Below are positions 1 through 11,550 of a stretch of DNA of 64,000 nucleotides, in pieces (within the stretch, counting starts at the first letter, position 1; every line of letters starts with the position of its first letter). A program made the translations under genes and the position numbers. This DNA is from Myxococcota bacterium (GTDB lineage Bacteria > Planctomycetota > UBA1135): contig JBLINB010000001.1 in assembly GCA_047638975.1 (NCBI GenBank), positions 50,981 through 114,980 on the forward strand, in the 5' to 3' direction. A model generated the notes under the pieces. It saw nothing but the letters and a program-made list of their open reading frames with translations, made no database searches and was not told the DNA's origin.

Positions 1-593
1 GCAACAGGGAATGGTGTCCAGAGGCTAACAAACCAAATCGCCGTCAAAGCAATGGCGAAAGCTACACCCCATGATAGTTCATGATTTTCGAGCAGCATCT
101 TCATTGAGAAGTTGCGCTGTTGTCCGCTGCGCCAAGGAGTGATGCGTGGCCAGAAATTAGGAACGTTGGCCGCGTGCTCATCGAGCTGCTCGCCAAAAAG
201 TTCTTTCAACCTTGGATACTCGCGCTGCATTTTTCTTGGGAAATAGAACATAAAAAAGCAGACGATTAACACCAACGAAAAACCCCAGATGCATTGGCCG
301 CGCAGACTATCGGCGTTACCCGATGCTAGCGATACGCCTACCATTGCAACAAAGCTGCCAAGGTACGCCGGGTTGCGCGTATATGCGTATGGCCCCGTGG
401 TTACCATCAGCGCATTCTTGTCGAGATAGCCAAACGCCCACATTCTGAGCAGCCAAGCCAGCGTGACTAGCACCGATCCAGCGATAAAAGTACTGGGGCG
501 AGGGTCAGCGAGAGAGACTAAAGCCAAAGAGCTGAGGTAAACAGCTGCTTTACGCCAAGTTATTTTCTTAGATGCACGGTTGTTAGCGTTCAT
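1..593 (-). CDS. Isoprenylcysteine carboxyl methyltransferase (ICMT/PEMT) family membrane methyltransferase. The C-terminus runs off the window start and this ORF is absent from the supplied track.
   Basis: Reverse-strand translation from the ATG at 593 is open to position 1. It reads MNANNRASKKITWRK... and contains the family motif TTGPYAYTRNPAYLGSF inside hydrophobic segments. Confidence 0.6.
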   Translation of the reverse strand, partial: MNANNRASKKITWRKAAVYLSSLALVSLADPRPSTFIAGSVLVTLAWLLRMWAFGYLDKNALMVTTGPYAYTRNPAYLGSFVAMVGVSLASGNADSLRGQCIWGFSLVLIVCFFMFYFPRKMQREYPRLKELFGEQLDEHAANVPNFWPRITPWRSGQQRNFSMKMLLENHELSWGVAFAIALTAIWFVSLWTPFPV

Positions 594-660
594 GGTATTG
601 CGGGTTCGGCCTGCGTATTGGATAATTGTCGCATAGTTGTCTCGCCAATCAACCACCAAC

Positions 661-1340
661 ATGAAATTCCTCATAATCCCACTTTTTATCCTCGCAGCAT
701 GTGCCGCAGAGCCGCAAACTGTGCAAGAGCTTGATGTCACAGTGACCACTGGCCCGCTGACCTACGCCGAAGAGCAGCCACAGGATTTAGCAGACAGCAT
801 CGCCGCTAGTCCGTCCGAGTTAGCAGCGATTAAGGCCGAGCAAGATTTTTTGGACGAAATGGCAGACGAAGGCGTTTATCCAGAGACTAATCCAACGCAG
901 GTCACTGTTAAATATCACCGCTCCGGATTAACAGTGGGGCTTTACAACGAATCTTATATCTCTCGATCCGATTACTACAAGCAAAAGCGCGCTAGTGCTT
1001 CTTACAAAGTAGTGCCTGATATAAAAATGGGCGCACTGCTCAAGGCTCTTGATGATATAGGTTTTTTCGACAGTGCCATTGCTGGCAGAAAGCGTTATGT
1101 TGGCGCGAGTGTGTCGATTATTGTGCGACGCGGCACCGAAAGTTACAGCCTAGCTTGGGGTCCAAAAGTGAATACTGATTTACATGAAGTCACTAATATG
1201 TCTGCTGATAGTATCCGCGTAATGTATGACACCACTCAATCGATTCAATTAATCGAAAACAGCAGTGGCAGCGATTTTTTCCAAGAAGAAAGTAATCGTA
1301 TTAATCAAGAAAACGCCATTCGCCGCAGCAAGCCACGCCA

Positions 1341-1344
<4 letters not shown>
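661..1344 (+). CDS. Lipoprotein of unknown function, translationally coupled to kdsB
   Basis: Signal peptide plus lipobox MKFLIIPLFILAAC. Its stop overlaps the kdsB start (ATGA at 1341). The start is taken at the internal ATG at 661. Confidence 0.5.
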
Positions 1345-3711
<2,367 letters not shown>

Positions 3712-3713
3712 TC

Positions 3714-3971
3714 ATGTCTGAATCAAAAATACCAAGCGGTGACTTCCGTATCTTCGTGCAAAAAATAGCTATGCAAGGGTTTTATGCTCTCGGGCTTATT
3801 GAAGTACCAGGAGCCCCGAAACAAGAGCCAAACGCTGAAATGGCGCACGGTGTCATCGAAGATTTAATGATGCTACGCACGAAGTGCACAGGCAATTTAG
3901 ACGAGGGAGAAACGATGACTCTAGATAAATTTATAACCGACTTGCAACTACACGTTAGTAAATTAAACTAA
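3714..3971 (+). CDS. DUF1844-family small protein
   Basis: An 85-aa protein with a FYALGLIEVPG...TKCTGNLDEGE pattern that resembles DUF1844. It sits 3 nt after pyrG. Confidence 0.5.
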   Translation: MSESKIPSGDFRIFVQKIAMQGFYALGLIEVPGAPKQEPNAEMAHGVIEDLMMLRTKCTGNLDEGETMTLDKFITDLQLHVSKLN

Positions 3972-3976
3972 ACACG

Positions 3977-5710
3977 ATGTCGCGTTACCTCGTAACTTCG
4001 GCATTACCTTATGCCAATGGCCCCATCCACTTTGGTCACATCGCTGGTGCCTATTTGCCAGCAGATGTATATGTGCGCTATTTGAAGATGGCGAAGGGCG
4101 AAGAGAATGTTCTATATGTATGCGGAACAGACGAACACGGTGTGGCCATCACTATGAAGGCCGAAGCCGAGGGCAGTGATTACCGCAGCTACGTCGACAA
4201 ATGGCACGGCGAGATAAAGAACCTCTTTGACGATTTCTCGATCGACTTCGATATTTTTTCAGGTACCGCGCGTTGCGAGTTCCACGAAGAAGCTAGTCAA
4301 AAGTTTTTCAGTGTCTTACTCGATAATGATTTTATCGTTAAGCGCACCGAGAAGCAGTGGTTTTCAGAACAGAGTCAGCGCTTCCTGCCCGATCGCTACT
4401 TACAAGGCATTTGCCCAGAATGTGCCTTCGAAACAGCACGCGGCGATGAATGCCCAAAATGTGGTACATGGATCGACGCACGTGAACTAGGAAGCCCTAT
4501 CAGTTTGATTGATGGCTCGAAGCCGATATTAAAAGATACCACCCATTGGTATATCGACTTACCGGCTTTGCAAAAAGCCGGCTTAGAAGATTGGTATCAG
4601 GGCAAAGACAGCGCCAATCCAATTAAGGGCTGGAAATCAAACGTAGATGGCTATGTGCAAGCGATGCTGCGCGATTTACACGACCGCCCTATCACACGTG
4701 ACTTGCCTTGGGGCGTGCCCTTGCCGGATGGTATTGAGGGTTCTGAGGGCAAAGTGTTATATGTATGGTTCGACGCGCCAATCGGATACATCAGCGCAAC
4801 CATGCAATGGGCCAGCGAGTCGGGCACTCCTGATGCCTGGAAAGATTGGTGGCAGAACAGCGACACTCGCTTGGTGCATTTCATCGGCAAAGATAACATC
4901 GCTTTTCATACCGTAGTCTTCCCGAGTATGCTTCTCGGTCAAAAGGACGCCTGGGACGGCAAGAAGTTTGTGCTACCGTGGTCTGTACCTGCTAATGAAT
5001 TTTACAATTTGCAGGGCAAGAAATTCAGTACCTCCGATGGATGGTACATTGATAACGCAAGTTTCTTTGAGCATTACAATTCTGACGCCGCACGCTTTCA
5101 TCTTTTACTGTCTGCGCCAGAAACTTCGGACAGCGAGTTCAACTGGAATGAATTTCGCGCTACAAACAACTCTTTATTAGCCGATAAGATTGGCAACCTC
5201 GCTAGCCGCGTACTTAAGTTTGCAAACAAGCGCTTCGAGAACAAAGTACCCGTCGTAAGCGAAGTACTCGAAGACGCATTCCTAACTGCGGCCGGTGATA
5301 GTTTTTCAGAGATAGGCCCTTTCATCGAGAAACATGAATTACGCAAAGCCGCTTTGGCTTTAATCGCTGGTTGTTCATCGTTGAATCAGTTTTTTGATAA
5401 GCTCGAGCCCTGGAAAAAAATAAAGTCCGACGACCTCGCGGATCAAATGTTATGCGCACAAGCAATCGAACGCTGCATCGCTTACTTTGATTTACTTAGC
5501 CGTCGCTTAGCACCCTTCTGCCCACGTTCAGCCGACAAGTTAGCTGAGATGCTCGGGGCAGCCAGCAGTGGCAGCAACGATCGTTGGGGGCCCGACAGCG
5601 TCGATCAGGTTTTAGAAGCCGGACTCGAGCTCGGGACTACAGAAGTATTATTTGCGAAAATAGATGTTGAACTCATTGACGCCGAGATAGAAAAGCTTAA
5701 TAGGGCATAA
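3977..5710 (+). CDS. metG: Methionyl-tRNA synthetase
   Basis: PYANGPIHFGH (HIGH motif), a CPxC zinc knuckle pair and KFSTS (the KMSKS equivalent). Confidence 0.92.
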   Translation: MSRYLVTSALPYANGPIHFGHIAGAYLPADVYVRYLKMAKGEENVLYVCGTDEHGVAITMKAEAEGSDYRSYVDKWHGEIKNLFDDFSIDFDIFSGTARCEFHEEASQKFFSVLLDNDFIVKRTEKQWFSEQSQRFLPDRYLQGICPECAFETARGDECPKCGTWIDARELGSPISLIDGSKPILKDTTHWYIDLPALQKAGLEDWYQGKDSANPIKGWKSNVDGYVQAMLRDLHDRPITRDLPWGVPLPDGIEGSEGKVLYVWFDAPIGYISATMQWASESGTPDAWKDWWQNSDTRLVHFIGKDNIAFHTVVFPSMLLGQKDAWDGKKFVLPWSVPANEFYNLQGKKFSTSDGWYIDNASFFEHYNSDAARFHLLLSAPETSDSEFNWNEFRATNNSLLADKIGNLASRVLKFANKRFENKVPVVSEVLEDAFLTAAGDSFSEIGPFIEKHELRKAALALIAGCSSLNQFFDKLEPWKKIKSDDLADQMLCAQAIERCIAYFDLLSRRLAPFCPRSADKLAEMLGAASSGSNDRWGPDSVDQVLEAGLELGTTEVLFAKIDVELIDAEIEKLNRA

Positions 5711-5740
5711 AAAAAACCTGGCTCGCTAAGAGCCAGGCCT
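5708..5740. terminator. Intrinsic terminator hairpin for minus-strand hup, lying in the metG-hup gap
   Basis: An A8 run, then the hairpin CCTGGCTC-gctaa-GAGCCAGG at 5716 to 5736. On the minus strand this reads as a hairpin followed by U8. Confidence 0.6.
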
Positions 5741-5759
5741 ATAAGGAAACGGTATAAAA

Positions 5760-6038
5760 TTACTTGCCGTTTACTGAATCTTTCCAAGCCTTAGCTGGCT
5801 TGAATCCGACAGACTTGCTTGCTTTGATTTGCATCGTCTCGCCAGTTTGTGGATTGCGCCCAGTACGGGCTGCGCGGCTGCGCTTTGACCAAGTGCCGAA
5901 TCCGGCAATTGAGACTTGTTCATCGGACGCTACGCCATCCTTAATTGCTTGAAGAACTATATTTACGGTTTCTTCAGATGCTGATTTAGTTGTTTCTAGC
6001 TGTTCGCATACAGCCTCGATTAGTTCGCGCTTATTCAT
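5760..6038 (-). CDS. hup: HU family DNA-binding protein
   Basis: A 92-aa protein matching the HU/IHF fold sequence (MNKRELIEAV..., GFGTW, RNPQTGE). Confidence 0.88.
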   Translation of the reverse strand: MNKRELIEAVCEQLETTKSASEETVNIVLQAIKDGVASDEQVSIAGFGTWSKRSRAARTGRNPQTGETMQIKASKSVGFKPAKAWKDSVNGK

Positions 6039-6085
6039 GATTTTCAGGGTGTTCGGGAGTTAGGGAGGGTTTCTATTTTGAAGAG

Positions 6086-6121
6086 TTGCCAGCTCTAGCA
6101 ATGTAGAGCCAGCTGTTTTTT
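6086..6121. terminator. Weak hairpin plus T6, a possible terminator between the H1-like gene and hup
   Basis: GCTCTA-gcaatg-TAGAGC followed by cagctgTTTTTT. The stem is only 6 bp and the orientation is ambiguous. Confidence 0.25.
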
Positions 6122-6134
6122 AGAAGCGTCTAGT

Positions 6135-6503
6135 CTACTTTTTCTTGCGGACGACTTTCTTCTTGGTAGCTACTTTCTTCTTGGCTACTTTCTTTTTGGC
6201 TACCTTTTTCTTAGCTACTTTCTTTTTCGCTACTTTCTTCTTGGCAGGCTTCTTCTTTGCTACCTTTTTCTTGGCAGGCTTCTTTTTCGCTACTTTCTTT
6301 TTCGCTACTTTCTTTTTCGCTACTTTCTTTTTCGCTACTTTCTTTTTCGCTACTTTCTTTTTCGCTACTTTCTTTTTCGCTACTTTTTTCTTAGCCACCT
6401 TTTTCTTGGCGACTTTTTTCTTTGCTACCTTTTTAACGGCAGGCTTCTTTTTCGCTACTTTCTTTTTAGCAGCTTTCTTTTTAGTTGTTTTTTTTACAGC
6501 CAT
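6135..6503 (-). CDS. Lysine-rich histone H1-like nucleoid protein
   Basis: A 122-aa protein built almost entirely of KKVAKKK(V/P)AKKK pentapeptide repeats. It resembles Hc1/AlgP/BpH1-type bacterial H1-like proteins and lies next to HU. Confidence 0.6.
   Translation of the reverse strand: MAVKKTTKKKAAKKKVAKKKPAVKKVAKKKVAKKKVAKKKVAKKKVAKKKVAKKKVAKKKVAKKKVAKKKVAKKKPAKKKVAKKKPAKKKVAKKKVAKKKVAKKKVAKKKVATKKKVVRKKK
6285..6385. repeat. Perfect 15-nt tandem repeat (about 6 copies) inside the H1-like gene. The whole gene is a degenerate 15/30-nt periodic array.
   Basis: The unit cgctactttcttttt is repeated head-to-tail on the plus strand. Confidence 0.8.
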
Positions 6504-6640
6504 GTTGACTCCGATTCTGGATTCTGAGAAGCAGCAACTCTAGGGATTAACAAAGAGATGCCGATGGAGGGCAGTGCCTTTTGTTTTATGTTTGCACATA
6601 CAACATCTAGCTACTGTTTCTCTCACATCGGCAGACTAAA

Positions 6641-6690
6641 CAAAAATTCTCTCGAAAACAAACATTATTTTGTTGTTTTCGAGAGAATTT
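6641..6690 (-). terminator. Intrinsic terminator downstream of rpmB
   Basis: On the minus strand this reads as the hairpin TTCTCTCGAAAACAA...TTGTTTTCGAGAGAA followed by UUUUUG. Confidence 0.6.
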
Positions 6691-6703
6691 GGAAAAACTT
6701 TTT

Positions 6704-7012
6704 TTAAGCGTTGGCGGCCATGTAGTCGCGCTGGCGCCCACGAAGAGCTTTTACCAGAGGGACTTTCTGCATACGACCATCTATTTTCACAGTGATCTCG
6801 CCTTTCTTTATGACAGATGTTGCCAAGTGCATACGACGCACCGTACCATTCGGTAGCAGCACGCGCACCTTTTGCACGTTCGACTTAAATGTACGCTTGG
6901 TGTGGCCTGTAGTCTTAAGACCTACGCCACCTTTTTTCTTCGGTAAACCACGACGAGCAATAGACTTACCTACTCTCGTTCTCTTACCTGAAACTTCACA
7001 TGTTCTTGCCAT
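6704..7012 (-). CDS. rpmB: 50S ribosomal protein L28 (long form)
   Basis: MARTCEVSGKRTRVGKSIARRG matches the L28 N-terminus. The start was trimmed to the internal ATG at 7012. Confidence 0.8.
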   Translation of the reverse strand: MARTCEVSGKRTRVGKSIARRGLPKKKGGVGLKTTGHTKRTFKSNVQKVRVLLPNGTVRRMHLATSVIKKGEITVKIDGRMQKVPLVKALRGRQRDYMAANA

Positions 7013-7119
7013 TTTTAGTACCTCTTTATTAGAAGGGTCGGATATTGTAGGCCTGCCATTAGCTGCCGTCAATACTTGACTAATACCTAAGATATTGTCA
7101 AAATAGTGGCTCGGAAGAC

Positions 7120-7232
7120 AGCACTAGGAGAGATCATTTTACATGACACCGAAGGGGCAAGTCGCAACGGCGACCAAACTCTCAGGTACCAAGGACTACT
7201 GCTCGACGAACCCTGACAGTCACCAAAAAAAC
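7120..7232 (+). ncRNA. Glycine riboswitch aptamer (singlet) in the gcvT leader
   Basis: GGAGAG (7127), CACCGAAGGGGCAA (7148 to 7160) and CTCTCAGGTACCAAGGAC (7180 to 7196) match the conserved glycine-aptamer cores. The degenerate stretch ggctcggaagacagca upstream may be a ghost first aptamer. Confidence 0.75.
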
Positions 7233-7237
7233 TTACA

Positions 7238-7266
7238 GGCGCCAAAAAAAATGGCGCTCTTTTTTT
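7238..7266 (+). terminator. Riboswitch expression-platform terminator that abuts the gcvT ATG
   Basis: GGCGCC-aaaaaaaat-GGCGCT followed by CTTTTTTT, directly before the ATG at 7267. Confidence 0.65.
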
Positions 7267-8352
7267 ATGTCTACACAAACATCCCAACTACTTACTACCT
7301 CATTACATCAACAACACGTTGATCTTGGCGGGAAGATGGTGCCATTCGCAGGATGGTCCATGCCCGTTGATTACGGTTCTATTCTTAATGAAGCAAAGGC
7401 TGTTCGCAAAGGCTCTGGCGTATTTGATGTGTCGCACATGGCGCGCTTCATCTTTCGCGGAGAAGATATTGCTGAACGTCTAGACCATGCGCTTGGCGGA
7501 TGCATCACCGACCAACCTATTGGTTTAGCGCGCTATACCATGTTGCTTCAAGAAGACGCTGGTATCCTCGATGACTTGCTAACCTATCGTTTAGCTGAAG
7601 ACGAATTCATGTTAGTCGTCAACGCTTCTAACCGTGAACGCGACTGGGATTTACTCACTAGCCGCCTTGAAGGTGTCGAGTGTGCTGACCTAACAGAAGA
7701 TGGTGGCGGCATCCTTGCACTACAAGGGCCTGACTCCCTATCTATATTGCGCAAGCTAAGTGGCGACGCGCATTTTTCTCCGCAGTTCCTTGAGCTAGGT
7801 GAAATGGAAACAGAGTTTGGCGGACTCTTCTTTGCCCGTACCGGATACACCGGCGAACACGGATACGAATTATTCCCGAGTGCCGAACAAATTGTGCCAC
7901 TGTGGGAAGCACTTATGGCTTTAGATGTAGCTCCAGTAGGACTGGGTTCACGCGATATTTTACGCCTTGAAGCTGCACTACCTTTATACGGTCACGAAAT
8001 CCACGAAAAGATTACACCTTTCGATGCGAATTTGCGCTTCGGTGTACGCGGCTGGAAGACCCGCGACTTTATAGGTGGCGATGCATTACGCGCCTTGCCT
8101 GCAACCGAAATGCAACTCATTGGTCTCACTTGCGAAAAACGTATCCCGCGCGAAGGATATAACGTACTGTGTAACGATGAAGTTGTTGGCACCATCTGTA
8201 GTGGCGCCATGTCTGTAGTCTTAGGCCACCCTATCGCTACGGCTTACATTCCTAAAAACATCGATGGTGCATTCAGCATCGATTTCCGTGGCAAGCCTCT
8301 TGTAGCACAGCGTGCTGCCTTGCCTTTTGTCCCTCACCGCTCACGCGACTAA
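7267..8352 (+). CDS. gcvT: Glycine cleavage system aminomethyltransferase T
   Basis: Matches the GcvT family across the N-terminus (VPFAGWSMPVDY, GVFDVSHM). Confidence 0.9.
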   Translation: MSTQTSQLLTTSLHQQHVDLGGKMVPFAGWSMPVDYGSILNEAKAVRKGSGVFDVSHMARFIFRGEDIAERLDHALGGCITDQPIGLARYTMLLQEDAGILDDLLTYRLAEDEFMLVVNASNRERDWDLLTSRLEGVECADLTEDGGGILALQGPDSLSILRKLSGDAHFSPQFLELGEMETEFGGLFFARTGYTGEHGYELFPSAEQIVPLWEALMALDVAPVGLGSRDILRLEAALPLYGHEIHEKITPFDANLRFGVRGWKTRDFIGGDALRALPATEMQLIGLTCEKRIPREGYNVLCNDEVVGTICSGAMSVVLGHPIATAYIPKNIDGAFSIDFRGKPLVAQRAALPFVPHRSRD

Positions 8353-8360
8353 TTAATACC

Positions 8361-8741
8361 ATGCGTCCTAACGACCGTTCTTACCTTGACTCACATGAGT
8401 GGGCTAAACTCGATGGCGACATCGTAACTATCGGAATTTCAGATTTTGCAGTCGAGCAACTAGGTGAACTTGTTTACCTAGACTTACCAGAAACAGGCTC
8501 CTCGTTTACTGCCGGCGAAGCTTTCGGTGAAGTCGAATCTGTGAAAGCTGTTTCCGACCTCATCTGCCCAGTTGCCGGAGAAATCATCGAAACTAATGCC
8601 GATTTATGCGACAACCTTGAAGGTTTGCAAAACAACCCATTCGATGGCGGTTGGCTAATCAAAGTTAAAGTCGATGGCGATAACCTCGATGCTCTGCTCG
8701 ATTTGGCCGCCTACGAAAGCCTCGTTAGCTCACAAAGTTAA
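8361..8741 (+). CDS. gcvH: Glycine cleavage system H protein (lipoyl carrier)
   Basis: YLDSHEW and ESVKAVSDL are the GcvH motifs, and the lipoyl-lysine lies within ESVKA. Confidence 0.9.
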   Translation: MRPNDRSYLDSHEWAKLDGDIVTIGISDFAVEQLGELVYLDLPETGSSFTAGEAFGEVESVKAVSDLICPVAGEIIETNADLCDNLEGLQNNPFDGGWLIKVKVDGDNLDALLDLAAYESLVSSQS

Positions 8742-8746
8742 AAGCC

Positions 8747-10096
8747 ATGCCTTACGTTCAAAATTCTGATGCTGATCGGGATGAGATGTTGGCAGCTGTT
8801 GGCGTAAAGTCAATCGCTGAACTATTCACCTCTATCCCAGAAGAAGTTCGCCTAACTAGCGCGCTTAACCTCGATGCCGGGCTTTCCGAAGACCAGCTAC
8901 TCCGCCACATGCAAGATCTTTCAAGTGGCAATCAGATAGCTACTGGTGCAACATTTCTTGGCGGTGGTGTTTACGATCATTCGTGGCCGACCGCCGTGGA
9001 TCACATTATGTCACGCAGCGAATTCTTAACTGCGTACACACCTTATCAACCTGAATGTTCGCAAGGCACCTTACAGTGCATTTTTGAATTTCAGTCGATG
9101 ATTGCCGAATTGTGCGGCTGCGAAATAGCCAACGCTTCAATGTACGACGGAGCATCCGCGGCAGCTGAAGCAGCATTAATGGCCATCAGTCAAACGCGAC
9201 GCAACAAGGTTGTCGTCTCGCAAGCGATGCATCCGGAGATTCGCGAAACCATTCATACTTATCTTAAGCACCTTGATGCCGAGATGGTTGAAGCGCCAAT
9301 AGTTGATGGCGTTACTGATTTTAGCGGTTTGGTCGACGATCAGACTGCCGCCGTAATGGTGCAGCAGCCCAACTTCTTTGGCAACATCGAAGACGTAGCA
9401 GCGGTTGCCAAGATAGCTAAAGAATTCAAAGCGCTATCGGTAGCTTCACTCTACCCAGTCGCAACCGGAATCCTGCAATCACCTGGCAGCCAAGATATCG
9501 ACATCGTTGTTGGCGATGGCCAATCACTGGGCGTGCCTATGGCATTCGGCGGACCGTCATTCGGTTTCTTCGCCACCCGCCAAAAGTTTGTACGTAAAAC
9601 ACCTGGTCGCTTAGTTGGCATTTCAACAGACAGCGAAGGACGTCGTGCCTTCACTCTAACGTTCCAAACTCGCGAACAACACATCCGCCGTGAAAAAGCT
9701 ACTTCAAACATTTGCACCAACAATGCTTTGATCGCTTTACGCGGTTGTGTGCACATGGCGGCACTAGGTCCGCAAGGTCTTGAAGAAGTTGCTTGTGTTT
9801 CTCGTCAACGCGCTATTGAGATGGTTGAGTTACTCGACTTTGCCGGAGTGCCTCGTGCCTTCCCTAAGCAGCACTTCTTTAACGAAGTATGTTTCCAGGT
9901 AGACAACGATGAGATGGTGTCGCTGTTCAAGCAAAACCTGAAACACCAAGGGGTTCACGCCGTGTTGGCGATGTCAGCGTGGTACGACAACATGGATGGT
10001 TGTTTCACTTTGGCTTGCACCGAGCGCACCACTCCTGAAGATTTAATTGCACTGAGCACTATTGCCAAGCAAACCTTTAGCCCAGAGATAGCATAA
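8747..10096 (+). CDS. gcvPA: Glycine dehydrogenase (decarboxylating), subunit 1
   Basis: Two-subunit P-protein N-terminal half (YTPYQPE, SQGTLQ). Confidence 0.88.
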   Translation: MPYVQNSDADRDEMLAAVGVKSIAELFTSIPEEVRLTSALNLDAGLSEDQLLRHMQDLSSGNQIATGATFLGGGVYDHSWPTAVDHIMSRSEFLTAYTPYQPECSQGTLQCIFEFQSMIAELCGCEIANASMYDGASAAAEAALMAISQTRRNKVVVSQAMHPEIRETIHTYLKHLDAEMVEAPIVDGVTDFSGLVDDQTAAVMVQQPNFFGNIEDVAAVAKIAKEFKALSVASLYPVATGILQSPGSQDIDIVVGDGQSLGVPMAFGGPSFGFFATRQKFVRKTPGRLVGISTDSEGRRAFTLTFQTREQHIRREKATSNICTNNALIALRGCVHMAALGPQGLEEVACVSRQRAIEMVELLDFAGVPRAFPKQHFFNEVCFQVDNDEMVSLFKQNLKHQGVHAVLAMSAWYDNMDGCFTLACTERTTPEDLIALSTIAKQTFSPEIA

Positions 10097-11550
10097 TGTA
10101 TTTAGCTCCTGTTGAATTACTTTTTGAAGAATCACGCGCTGGACGCCGCAACTGGCGCACTCCTGGCGCCGACCGTTCTGTCGCGACTGCCGACTTGCCT
10201 GCGCACCTGGTGCGTGAAAAAGCGCCGGCCTTACCTGAGTTAGGCGAACTCGATTTGATCCGTCACTTCACGCGCCTAAGCCAAAAGAACTACGCAATCT
10301 CTACTAATTTTTATCCACTGGGCTCCTGTACCATGAAGTACAACCCGGTCGTTAACGAAAGAATTGCCGCCGATCCACAATGGTACAACCTGCATCCTTA
10401 TCAAGATGATGACAGTGTGCAAGGTGCGCTCGAATTAATGTACGAGCTAGCTGCCGACTTGGGCGAAGCTACCGGCTTACCTGGTGTAACCTTGCATCCA
10501 GCAGCTGGCGCGCATGGCGAGTTAACAGCATTAATGGTGTTGCGCGCTTGGCTAGATGAAAACGACCAAAACCAACGCCGTACGGTACTCATCCCCGACA
10601 GCGCGCACGGTACTAACGCTGCTTCATGTACGCTAGCCGGCTTCGATGTGATTACAATTAAATCTAACGAGCGTGGTTTATGCCAGGTCGAAGATTTAGT
10701 GCAACATCTTGGCGACGACACCGCTGCATTGATGATTACTAATCCAAGCACGCTTGGTTTATTCGAAGAAGACATCATAAAGATTTGTGACTTAGTGCAC
10801 CAAGCCGGTGGTAAGGTTTACATGGACGGCGCCAACTTCAATGCCATCATGGGCGTCACCCGCCCTGGCGATTTTGGCATCGACATGATGCACCTTAACT
10901 TGCATAAAACTTTTAGCACACCACACGGTGGTGGCGGTCCAGGCTCTGGTCCTATTTGTGTTACCGAAGAGTTAGCTAAGTACTTGCCTACCCCATCGGT
11001 GATCAAAGGCGATAACGGTTTCGAATTAAGTACGCCAGAATCTAGCATCGGACGCCTGCGCGCATACCATGGTAACTTCTTGGTATTAGTGCGTGCTTAC
11101 GCCTACATCAAACGTCTAGGCACCGAGGGCATCCGTCGCGTCGCTGAAAACGCGGTGCTAAATGCTAACTACATTCGTGTAAAAGTGAGTGATCACTGGC
11201 GCGTGCCGTTCAACCGCACTTGCATGCACGAATTTGTAGCACGGCCAACTAAAGAAATGCGCGAAGCTGGCGTCCATACTCTTGATATCGCTAAGCGTTT
11301 GATTGAACTGGGCTATCACCCGCCTACCGTTTACTTCCCGTTGGTCGTAGCCGAAGCGATTATGATCGAGCCTACTGAAACAGAATCTAAAGAGACGCTT
11401 GACGGTTTCATCGAGGCTTTGATTCAGATAGCTAAAGAAGCAACCGCCGGTGAAGAATTCTTCCATGCGGCGCCGCGCAATATGCCGGTGTCACGAGTAG
11501 ATGAAGCGAAGGCCGTTAAAGACCCGCAACTCTCCTTCCGCAGCCTCTAG
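10096..11550 (+). CDS. gcvPB: Glycine dehydrogenase (decarboxylating), subunit 2
   Basis: PLP-binding C-terminal half (NLHKTFSTPHGGGGPG). Its start overlaps the gcvPA stop. Confidence 0.88.
   Translation: MYLAPVELLFEESRAGRRNWRTPGADRSVATADLPAHLVREKAPALPELGELDLIRHFTRLSQKNYAISTNFYPLGSCTMKYNPVVNERIAADPQWYNLHPYQDDDSVQGALELMYELAADLGEATGLPGVTLHPAAGAHGELTALMVLRAWLDENDQNQRRTVLIPDSAHGTNAASCTLAGFDVITIKSNERGLCQVEDLVQHLGDDTAALMITNPSTLGLFEEDIIKICDLVHQAGGKVYMDGANFNAIMGVTRPGDFGIDMMHLNLHKTFSTPHGGGGPGSGPICVTEELAKYLPTPSVIKGDNGFELSTPESSIGRLRAYHGNFLVLVRAYAYIKRLGTEGIRRVAENAVLNANYIRVKVSDHWRVPFNRTCMHEFVARPTKEMREAGVHTLDIAKRLIELGYHPPTVYFPLVVAEAIMIEPTETESKETLDGFIEALIQIAKEATAGEEFFHAAPRNMPVSRVDEAKAVKDPQLSFRSL

Noticed and set aside
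6285-6385. Possible CRISPR array, raised by the regular short direct repeats here and at 48196 to 48322
   Set aside because: The repeats are contiguous with no spacers. They have periods of 15 and 18 nt, lie inside coding frames, and there are no cas genes anywhere in the window.
6145-6543. A 132-aa plus-strand ORF of perfect FFLATFF repeats
   Set aside because: It is the antisense mirror of the lysine-rich H1-like gene. The periodicity comes from the same 15-nt DNA repeat. The minus-strand reading gives a sensible basic protein with a proper start and stop next to hup.
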